64,000 bases of DNA from Rotaria socialis. Lineage: Eukaryota. Both the position numbers and the translations under genes were made by a program. The stretch is taken from positions 1 through 64,000 of the forward strand of contig CAJNYD010000253.1 in assembly GCA_905331295.1 (NCBI GenBank). The letters run 5' to 3'. The stretch's first letter is position 1. Every line of letters starts with the position of its first letter. Shown in pieces: positions 53,555-64,000 of this stretch. Below the pieces are notes generated by a model, which saw only the letters and a list, made by a program, of their open reading frames with translations, searched no databases and was not told the origin of the DNA.

Positions 53555-54004
53555 ATGGCAACTACATCATCAAGTGAATTTTTAAAAGACAAATCGTCGT
53601 CGTCGATGGACGTGCGTCATTGTTATCATCAGACTGCTGAACACTTTATTGATGAACACTATCCAAAAACCTGCCTTGAAACAATACCATCTATCATTCT
53701 TGAACATCCCCAAAGGAAAGTCAATTGTCAACTATCGCGTTCTCGCCATAATCTTCGTTTTCGTACTCAACCTGTTACATTAGCAGAGATCTATGAAACC
53801 GACGAAGAAAACAAAATTGAAAATGATAATCAGCAAGACTCAAAAGCCAAAGTTATCAATGATTATGACCGATGGGGATATTTGAGTTTAGCGGAAAATC
53901 TAAGACAACAAACAACAAGAAAAAAAGTGCCATTAAAGAATTTCCTTAAACAACAACGGCTAAAAACGACACAAGAAGAACTTTTTGAAACAGATGGTAG
54001 TTGA
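53555..54004 (+). CDS. Small C11orf96-like protein
   Basis: RFRTQPVTLAEIYETDEE and upstream YHQTAEHFIDEHYP resemble vertebrate C11orf96 (RFKTQPVTFDEIQEVEEE; recalled, not searched). Splice acceptor at ~53541. Confidence 0.6.
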   Translation: MATTSSSEFLKDKSSSSMDVRHCYHQTAEHFIDEHYPKTCLETIPSIILEHPQRKVNCQLSRSRHNLRFRTQPVTLAEIYETDEENKIENDNQQDSKAKVINDYDRWGYLSLAENLRQQTTRKKVPLKNFLKQQRLKTTQEELFETDGS

Positions 54005-54088
54005 CGTTTTTAATGTAAATAATATATTCTCTCTATTCTATTTTAAAATTTAATCAATTATATAAAAACAGAAAAAAGAGCGAAAAAT

Positions 54089-57000
54089 TCAATGGTTTCG
54101 ACTGATAAACAAAGTTCGAGAATTTTCATATAAACGATTGGAAAAATATTTTTGTTTCTTTCGTATTGTTGATGGTGTATCAATTAATCGATTGTCTTCG
54201 TTCGATAGAGATTTTATTAATGATGATTGTAATTCAAATTGCTCACTTGAAGAATTATTTAGGTCACGTTTTATAGATGTTTGATTTTGAAATATTTCAC
54301 TCTTATTCATATTCAATGCACCATTTGTGTCAGTAGAAGATCCTGCGGCCGGTTGAATGATTCCAGATGTCGCATAATTTTCAACAGTTGTTTGTTGTTG
54401 TGTTGATTGTAATTGTACGAAAGAATAATTCAATAAAGCAAATACCAATGGGAGAAGTACGGAAAAGTAGACTAAATAAAATCGCATCACAACTGGGTAA
54501 ATACAAGCTAACAAACAAACTGATATTACAAGTAATGACCGAATAAACGATTTTGATAACCAATGTCCACAAGATTGTACTACGAAATCAGAGGTTGTTA
54601 TATTTATTTCATTATCCGGCGGCGACGGTGCTGTTGTTGTTTCCATGACTGGTGCTAAATTGATACCATGTTGCATATTATTTCTTGCAACAATACTAAG
54701 TGATGATAAAAACGACATTGCATTAGGTATATTTGATTGAGATTGCTGCATGGAAGAAGATTTCTTTCGACATAGTGAACATTTTGACATTCTACAACGT
54801 GCGCATAGATAAACAAGACAATCGTACAATAATTTCAACACCGCAATTAATGATAAAAATAAATTTAGTATTAAAGGAATTAAATTAAATATAATAGTTT
54901 GCGTAAAACGATTGCGATTAAACAGTTCTTCACGATAACTCACTTGTGTGGTACCAGGACAATAAACTGGCTTAGGCAATTTTTCATTTGAATCGATAGA
55001 ATAAAGTAACGGGATTGTTGCTATGAATGCAAATGACCATAAACATATAACAAAAAAATAACAAAATCGGCGAAAAATTCGTCGTAAACAAACACCAAAT
55101 GACTGTAAACAAGTACGAGCTGAATGATGATGGGCTGATGATGATGGAAATAAACATAGAATAAAATTTGCATGCATCGCGACTATTGTATAAGCTAAAA
55201 ATAGGAAAATGCAATTATCTAATAAAGTCTGAAAAGAGAATTTTTCTCTTTGGTCTTTCGTGTTGAGAAACAATCGCTTAAATTTATCAGTAATGATGAA
55301 AAGAGCATAACAATGAGTAACAACTGCGATTTCTTGTTGTAATTTTGAAAAAACACGAAATATACGAAAGCCTATTTAAAATGTTTTAACTAAACACGAT
55401 TAGTTATACTGTACAGAAGAATTTCGCTACTCAATTTCCCGGCGAAATCGATATATCGCGTAAAATTCAATTTCATTCTTCATTTTTAATTATACCTAAG
55501 CAGGGAATTTCTTCTATGAATTATGTACAGAAGCAAACTTCTATTTACTCGTATAGTATTTTATTTATCCGGCTGACCTCCGATTGCACTTTTTTAAAAA
55601 TGTTGGAATCCTTAGAGGATCAAGGTTGCCAAAAATATCGGATTTTCGATAAAAATGGCAGAAAGAGAGGACGTTTTACTGTAGCTGTTATAAACAGTTC
55701 AATCGTAGCCAAGATCCTTGACTAATTTTTTCTACTGAAATCAGTCGCTAATTCGAGGATCATTATAAAAAATTTTCAAAAATCGATAAATAACAATAAA
55801 GTAGATCAGAAGCCTTGAGGGTGTGTGTGGGTGCGGGTGTGAGCGCGGAAATGATAAACATTGAGACCGATATCCATACACATACCCAGGCACGGCGCGA
55901 AGCAATAAAAATACAGGGGGGTTTCTTGAAAACGGGAGGTTTTTTTTCAAAAATCGGAGTAAATTAATAAAATCTCTTCTATTTTCTTCAAATCGGAGTA
56001 AAATTGAAACAAAAGTTTCCAAAGTTGGGACGGGGAACCCCCCCCCNTTTGCGCCGTCCCTGCCCATACCGACACTCATATCCTCAGAGTTTGTCCAAAA
56101 CAATGATTACACAAATTAAAAGTTTTTTTTTTGTCTAAAGACAATAGCAAAATTAAGAGGTTTTCCGAAATTTTCTATTACTTTTTCCGATAAAATATAG
56201 GAAAAAAATGGGAATTTTTAGGAAAATATAGGACAAAAATAGAACCTTTTTGAAAATATAGGAACTATAGGAAATATAGGTCGAACCGCAGCCCAGATCT
56301 GAATGAAATCCATACGACTTGTGTACTCCGATTCGATACTCTGTCATTATCTCTAATTGCAACGAACAGAACAAATGATTAGGCTTGTGTTTTGCGTATT
56401 ACTATTCAATTACCTCGCATCAGTTCGTAATAAATAGTATATGTTTAAGATTATATCTTGCGTTGTTCTATCAAACATGATGGTTAGTCTTTGAATTACG
56501 AGAAAATAAACTTTACGAATTGTGACAGACATTTTTTGATTGTTCCAATGTGTAATAGAAGAAGAAATTCGAGGGACTTCCCCTTCTGATTTGAATTAAT
56601 CAATTACCTTAAGCTACTACTACGTTGTATTCTTATCACAACTCGAAAAGGATTAGAGTTACTATTGCGATTTAAAACTTATCGTGCATAGAAAGCTCAT
56701 ATTCTATTTTCTACACACGATCTTCTTTACCAGAACATAAGGTTTACTATCTGGAAAAAAAGTCATCAGGAGACGCATGAAGAGATGTTCTCATGACAAA
56801 CTATCCTTTCCACCTAACCGAATACCATGTTTTTAGATTAGCCTACGCATTAGAAGACATGCTACTAAAACCGAATTTGCAACCTTTTAAAACATACCGA
56901 GTATAAGTATACACGATGTTTGTAGATAATATATTGCTCGGCAATTATTTTCCGAAAGAACTCTTGAACGAAGAGTTTGAATAAGATAAATTAGATATAA

Positions 57001-57174
57001 AAAATTAATCATTGAACTTGATAGAGCCGCACTTGATAGATAGAAATTAACGGCGTTACGAAATGAGCCAAACACCATTAACATCGGTATAAATAAATTT
57101 AATACGACTAAACTTAACGAGGCTATCATTTCTATGAAAAGCCATGTTGAAACACGAGAAAATAAAATTAACAT
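54089..57174 (-). CDS. Highly divergent 7TM/GPCR-like membrane protein, 2 exons (57174-~56898, ~55194-54089)
   Basis: About seven hydrophobic segments, NFYLSSAAL in TM2, Cys before TM3, W..F..TIP in TM4, Cys in ECL2, IP in TM5, CIYP in TM6. No DRY or NPxxY. Confidence 0.6.
55887..56062. mobile_element. hAT-type MITE inside the 7TM gene intron, amid other repeat fragments
   Basis: TIR CAGG(C/G)ACGGCGC. 8-bp TSD CACATACC/CCCATACC (7/8 identical). Confidence 0.75.
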
Positions 57175-60100
57175 TGACAATAATCTTGGTCACCATCGAC
57201 TCTCTTGTTCTACCATCAGTTCTTGATTAGAATAATGTCTATCTAAAACAAACAAGAATAATCCACTTATATTCATGTATTCATTTTTTCTTCTTCTTCT
57301 TTGCGCTGTATAATAATGAGGCGCCTCCACCACAAATCGATTGATCGATTTGCGCACAACTATATTCTTGACACATCTTATTTATATATATATATATAAA
57401 TATGATACAAAGAAAAGAAGACTAATTCAATCTCAAACCCGAGGAAAAGCAGCTAATGTTGGTGCAACTTGTTTTGTTCGCATCAAACCCAAAGACATGA
57501 AGCGACATGTAATTATTCTCTTTTTTCTTTTCCCGCACACACGCATATATATATATATATATATTTATTTAAAATATACGAGTAAACGGCAGAGAGCTCT
57601 TTATCCAAAGAATATTAACAAGATGAATAGCTGTTATCACAAACTGAACTCGTTTCAAGTCAATCACATGAGATTTATCTTAATTGCATATTAGTCAAGA
57701 TCAAGGTTATGACACGACATAGACAACCACGTGTCAATATGAAGTGCGAAGCAGTTGTTGCATAGATCTAATGCATGCAGGACAACCGGCTATTTCGGAA
57801 ATTGTTTGAAGGCTGCTAGCGCTCGAGAGAGAAAATAAAAGTTAAAACTCATCTTCAAAAAAATGAAGCAATGCTAATGGTCGACTCCGTTTTGTCCCAT
57901 CAAAGTAATACTACTACAAAAAGTTGCATATATGCATTACTCAGGTGACAGGACGGCATCAATCAAATAAACTGAAGCGGCGCCTAGAACGTATTTATAT
58001 CAGAATTTTCTTTTAGTCAAGGCTATTGTTCTAATATCTTCTTTTGCTCTGGCACACGCTACTGCCCGTATCCTTCTAGTTCTAGATCAATAATCAAAGC
58101 ACTAACGAGAATGTTTTTTTCTTCTATCTCATTCTCTTTAAATTAGCCAAATAAGATGTGGAAGACAAACAAGATCTTTTATGGCGCGCACATTCTTTTT
58201 AAGCTCTGTTAAATGTAGAAATAATAGAATGACGCGTAAATCAAATACTCATCGTCTGTGTTGATTTTTTGTTTTCGAATTGCTAAAAATCACAATAATA
58301 ATACTGTATTGAAACGCCATCGGTCGGATCAGACTAGTTCCATGCAAACTGTAACATACGTCATCATTGACGAGAGAGAGAGAGAGAGAGAGAGAAAGAG
58401 CGCGAAAAGAAAAGACGATGAAAGTTCTATACATCGTCAACATCATTCACTTGTCATAATCAAGAAAAAGAATGAATAGAAAAAGCAACTACAAATATAA
58501 GTGGAAGACACTGACATACACATGGGTGCATTCTTCATCAAAATATGCCCTTGATAAATATGCACGAGGTATAACCACCACTTGCCATCATTAAAATAGT
58601 CAATGAATATGTGAATAGACACATTATATAGAGATGATCTAATAAAATCATATAGTTACAAAGTATCGCTTTGATTTATCTATTGAAATTCGAAATACAT
58701 AATGAATTCATGGCGAACAAAAAGATTTTGAGTTAATAATAATAATGACTATTAAATAGATATTCTACTGTTAGGAAATAATCAATTTTTAATGTTAATT
58801 AATATCTTCATAAGACTCTTTCAAAACAACGCGATTACATATGTCAATGCCAATAGAACATTGACTAATGTTGGCTCAAGGAGTTAATATTGTTGTGCGT
58901 AACTCGATAAGTTGACGCGTGTTTGCCATGGTTCCTGCTGCTGTAATATTTGATAGAACAGCAGCACATGCGATTAATGTAATTATTATTCTCATTTATT
59001 CTATGGAGTTTTCTATCTATAAGTAATATAATACGAAATATATTCATGCTGATGTACTCGCCCTTGAATTATTTTGCCTAAGATTCGAATCGTTGTTCTC
59101 TTCGTTTTATAACGATGATTTCTGTACGAAATTCAGCAATCGGTAATCTTGATTTTGTTTCTATAGATTAATCTCAACTCTCTTACATCAAGACGAAGTC
59201 ATTCGATCGGAAATTTTCGTGCTTACACAATCCTAACGAGAAATATTGCTGTTGCAAAATTCTCTCCCGGTTGCGTTAAGCAAGTACAAACTTCCGACTT
59301 ATTCATAGTCTATTTACGGTCTATGCAAAGATCTATAGATAGCGTCAAATTAAAGTCAATACTTTGTTGCAATTACTCTGAGAGCTTTTTTTGCTCAAAT
59401 ACGATTCTTCCTCTCTGGGTAACTCTTTTTTTGTGCGTGTATATAAAACAATAGAATTAAAATTTACCTACGGAGCCACTTTATATATTTTTATCAAAAG
59501 TTAATCTTGTTCTCGCCGTATTGAATATAATAAAAACATGTTTATTTTGTTGATAATTTCAACAAATACAAAACAGAAGTGCACAAAACGATACAGGTGA
59601 AGCATCCGATATAATGTCGCTTCAATATTTTCAGTTCCAAAGACATAAAACGAATAGCAACATGTGACATAAACGACTTACTCTAACTTCGCAATAATGT
59701 ACATGTAAAGATTTTCATCTTTTCTTTTGTTGATAGAAAGCGTCATATTCTCTCCCTTATGTGACATGTCAAATTATTACTAGTAGCTTTAGATGATTGA
59801 AAAGCCTCGAATATTCTCTGTCAATCATTGTATGAGTGTGTCAATTCTTTCTTTTCAAGTAGAACGAACATGAATTGCAAGTAAACTTTATATTCTACTA
59901 ACTCAAACAGAAAACATTACGAAAGTAGCGTATAAGGAGCTTTTCCGATTTAAGAAATTTTATTTTCTGCTTGGCCAAAATCCTGTAAAAATTTGAATTT
60001 TCAGTTCGTGAAGTCAGACGTTTTACGATAAGAAAAAACACATACGTATATCTGCATAGGACTATTTTGTCATGATTTATTTCATGTCATAAAGCAAGCA

Positions 60101-60237
60101 TTTTTTTAATTAGAAAAATGATCATCATTAGTACAAAAAAAAAGCAAAAAGAATTAAGGTTCATTTGTTTTCTTAGGAAAATATTATTATTAATAAGCTA
60201 CTTTTTGTTAGTAGAAAATAAAAAATAAAAAAGCAAG

Positions 60238-61649
60238 TTAACATTGGTGAGGTTGAGTATCGCGATATTCAAGTAAAATTTCATAGTGAAAGGTTTGCTC
60301 GCTGTTAGCTTGTAATTCTTCGCCAATAATTTGTATTCCTTCACTAATCGATTGAATTTTATTGTCCAATACTTCATTGTCATTGATAGGGTTGATTGTA
60401 AATTTAGCTGAAGAAATAATTTCTTTATATTCATATTTAACGATTCTTGCCTTAGCATTTTTAATCGTTAAGGTAATACGATAAGAAGCTGATTCACGTT
60501 TTTGCGATAAAATTTTAACTTGACGCGTAAAACTAACATCGGGATCATTGCCACAATCTAAGTCTTGTTTTTCGCCTTGTGATAAATCCGTTAATTGTGC
60601 TTGTCCAACTACTCGTCCATCTTCTCGAACGGTAACAGTACCTTTAGGTAAAAAGCTATCCGATTCAATACGATATTTTCTTTGAAATTTTCCTTTTTGC
60701 GTTTGTTCTTGAAAATAATTTGTTAGTCCAGCATATTTTTCTAATTTAATATTTGGTTTCACAAATGGCAGGGCAAATGTTGATTGCTGAGCCAATGTAA
60801 ATGGTTGATCAATCGAATACCAATATATTCCAGCTAATTCTCCTTCGGCGGCGATTGTTGGAGCTGAATCAGCACAACAGCAGCATGACTTCATACAACA
60901 ACTACGAGCGCAATATCCTCCATAAGCACGAGGTGATTGTTGTAGATGAACATCACCACCGAACAGCTCGGTACGTTTGATTTGATAATCACGTTTTGTA
61001 TTATTTGTCATATCTGCCCATGCTTCAAATGAGTGATCATCGGTTCCGACTTTTAAATTATATCGTGGTGACCACTGAATTCCTAACGATTTTCAAAAGT
61101 AAAATAACGTATTTGTTTTAAATAAAAAAAACAAGACGTTACCATTAATAAGATATGAAAGTGTTGCATCGCCTAGTTGTTTTAAAGCAAATGTAACTTC
61201 AGTTCCTTCTTCTTCAGGAATATTAACGTATTCAAGCTCATGATTTTGAGCACGAATAAATCGACCGGTTTTAACTTCTTTTAATAATAGATCGCTTGAA
61301 CGAATGACTTGACATTCAATTGGTTGTTCGCGTGCGCGGCGAATAAAAACAATTTGATTTTCTAAATTGTTTGCTTTTGTAACACAATTTTGACTGATTA
61401 CATCAATGCCTTCAACACTAAGGCTTCCCTTGACGATTTGATCATATACTTCACGTGGGAAGTAAATTTTAAAATTCTTTAAAAATACGAAAAAAAATAT
61501 TTAAGTGAAAAAAAAACTTTTATTTTCGTTTATACTTGTGGTGCAGTGAATTTTTCACGAACTTCAGTGAATGATGGATATATACGAAGTTCAGTAAATG
61601 ATGGATAAATTTTTTCTTTATCTTTAACAGAATTTGAATCAGCAGCCAT
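60238..61649 (-). CDS. DUF4139-like protein of bacterial type, 3 exons (61649-61536, 61476-61143, 61082-60238)
   Basis: LRIYPSFTEVRE, TLSYLINGIQWSPRYNL, ELFGGDV, GELAGIYWY, FALPF, LPKGTVTVREDGRVVGQ, GNDPDV. Two canonical short introns keep frame. Confidence 0.75.
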
Positions 61650-62140
61650 TTTGTTTTAATGTCTAAAATAAATAAATAAGCAATATATCTTTTTATCAAT
61701 AGTACGTTGACGAATACAAAAATGTCATTTTATTTTCTTTCTATTTAGCACAATTTATTATGCTCGATAATAAATATTTCGATAATTAGGCAGAGGTGAA
61801 ACTTTTTCTCCATTTTTTATATACTTTTTGAGTACTAATTTTATGATATAATATGACAAAATAATATCTGAGTTGACGAGAAAAAGCAGCGCAAGCAAAA
61901 ACAATCAATGGTGAAAGGAATGTACTAATGAGTGTGGCAAACTTTGAGCGTTACTGTGAGAAAGAAAAATTATGATATAAATTATTAAAAATTGATTCTC
62001 TTTGTGTCTGATATTTTTGTTCTTTGAAAAAATAGTGAGTCTTGTGTAACAGATGGCGTTACACGACGAGACTATCTGATCGAGGATTATACTATTATAA
62101 CAGTTACTGATGCAACCAATTGTTTAATATGGCATCAAAC

Positions 62141-63059
62141 CAGTGGCGACGGAGTCGCTGAGGATCACGGAATTTTGAACGTGACATCCTACGAGAGTAC
62201 ATCGTATCCTAACCTCTGTGCACATGTGCATGGATGTTCCGAGTACAAGGTGACTTCCTCACTAATAAAAACTTGCCATATGATACTGATTGGCAAATAT
62301 AGGGTTTTTTATGCTTTATGGGGAGCCTAATAGCATAGATGCCCATCGTAGTGTTGTCAACTTAAACGATCTCATAAAATTTCGGTAAACAGTTGGGTTT
62401 TTCAAATAGTCATTGAAGGTGTGACTGCTTTGGTGGCATCTTTTGAATTCAATGTGAGGACATTTTATTTTCCAAAAACTACAAGACAAGTAGTGTTTTT
62501 CGAAATGCGCAAAAACTATCATCCGCGGAAATTTCATGACTGCAAGAGTGGCGTAAGCAATTGTATAAATCCTAAAACTTTTTCTTTTTAAAAGTTCGGT
62601 TTTTTTCGGAAAGCTTCATTTTTTGAGCAGATGCCACTAGCATGGGTGTCTGCGATATTGAAAACCTGACGACAAATTGTGTTGCGCTTCGGACAATTTT
62701 ATGTAGTTGTATCAAAATTCGACTTTTTTGCATCGGACTTCGTTAGATGAAATAAAGCTTTTCGTGCATTCTATTTTCGAAAAAAAGTGAGTACTAGCTT
62801 TGATGCGGAAGTTGTTTGGCTCAGAATCTTACCAATCTTAGGATACTTCTGTACTTGCGATAGTTTGTGACGTAAGAACGAACAAATGAAACTGCATTTT
62901 GAAACTTTTAGTCATATCTCGCTTCATCAGTTTTGTTTTGTTGATTTACTGGAGTTGAAAAACACATTTGCTTGCTGCTAGAATAAACTTTTGATCGTAG
63001 AACTTCGACTGGCGGGACTCTATAAACCTCACTTAGATTCAAGACACTCTGCCGCCCCG
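62141..63059. mobile_element. Possible decayed hAT-like element
   Basis: CAGTGGCGACGGAGT at the left end loosely mirrors ACTCTGCCGCCCCG at the right end. No clean TSD. Confidence 0.3.
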
Positions 63060-63494
63060 ATCACTTTTTAACAATACAATGCTGATAGTTCAAACATGAA
63101 TGTGCTAGTTATAAATTTTGTGGGTGTAAGTCGTTTTTTCAACGACACATTCATCCTCGTTCTATAGTCTGAATAATATCGGCTGACTAGAAAGAACAAC
63201 GATGGATGTGTGCCACAATAGATTATGGGAAAAGAACGATAGCATATACACACGTATGAAGAGAAATATACGAAGTAAAACACATGTGTACCAACGATAA
63301 GCATAAGGAACGTGCAGTAGTAGAAGGTATCCAAAAAATGTGTTTCCAGTAAATGAGATGAAAGAAAGCTACGTTGAAAATGCGAAGCAAGTTTAGAAAT
63401 GAAGTCTTATTCGAGTTTGTCAGAAGAGTTGGTTCGATCCTAGCTTTGGGCAAGTTCAAGATAATTTGATTACGACTTTTTAAACTCGATTTGC

Positions 63495-64000
63495 TTATTT
63501 GTTTTTGTTAGTTGTAGCCGATGGTTGTTGCAATTCAATGGCAGAATCGGCCACTTTATTAGATTTAGATGTTGTCGTGTTTTCCGGAAGCTCTGCTGCA
63601 ACTATACGAATCATATGTGTTTTCAATGACAAAATTAAAAGCACCATCATAAACACAATGGATGCTGCGCAGCCCAAAACTGCCATCGTCAATCCTGTAA
63701 CACCAACCTCGCTGGCACTAAGAAATGCTAAAGCAATAATTGGAGTACTAAATCCAAGACCAGTAATGGTCCATGCAAGATACGAACGGAAACAGCATAT
63801 CATAGTCGTTTCACAGGGGCATCGGTAGCTATAGAGTAACAGTCGTAAGTACAAGTTGACGACCCAATTGAATACTTGGATAAGTCCAGCGCACAGTCCA
63901 ATTTGTTCAAGAATTTCAAGAGTCGAGATTCCTTTCTTAAACCATTTGTAGCAAGTGGCGCTGCCCAGATATGTTGGAATCAAAGTTTCAGATGAATTGC
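63495..64000 (-). CDS. Multi-pass membrane protein of unknown family, 5' end outside window
   Basis: Frame is open to the window edge, with three hydrophobic segments and a polar tail. Confidence 0.6.
   Translation of the reverse strand, partial: NSSETLIPTYLGSATCYKWFKKGISTLEILEQIGLCAGLIQVFNWVVNLYLRLLLYSYRCPCETTMICCFRSYLAWTITGLGFSTPIIALAFLSASEVGVTGLTMAVLGCAASIVFMMVLLILSLKTHMIRIVAAELPENTTTSKSNKVADSAIELQQPSATTNKNK

Noticed and set aside
1..64000. tRNA, rRNA, snRNA or SL RNA genes
   Set aside because: None recognised by eye. A covariance-model search (tRNAscan-SE/Infernal) is needed to exclude them.

Overview
AT-rich eukaryotic genomic DNA with compact genes and many ~50-60 bp GT-AG introns. 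Gene content and style suggest a bdelloid rotifer (inference, not provable here). 1-14 kb is a dense housekeeping block: ZCCHC9, SRPRB, LSM14, POLR3E, LAMTOR2, a Pro-rich orphan, UFD1 and a C2H2 zinc-finger gene. A class A GPCR follows. 19.7-28 kb is a nest of non-autonomous DNA transposons, including a ~1.6 kb foldback palindrome and a pseudogenised MPDZ/PATJ fragment. Next come PRRC2, PARP16, and MAP2K5 (MEK5), whose single coding exon is split between PB1 and kinase domain by an apparently intact, intron-containing Mutator/FLYWCH transposon. The distal part holds two horizontal-transfer candidates (a Thg1-like 3'-5' polymerase of the TLP type and an intron-bearing DUF4139-like gene resembling Deinococcus-Thermus proteins), a C11orf96-like gene and orphan membrane proteins. 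Family calls come from motif recognition by eye. Exon boundaries were read manually and may be off by a few bases.
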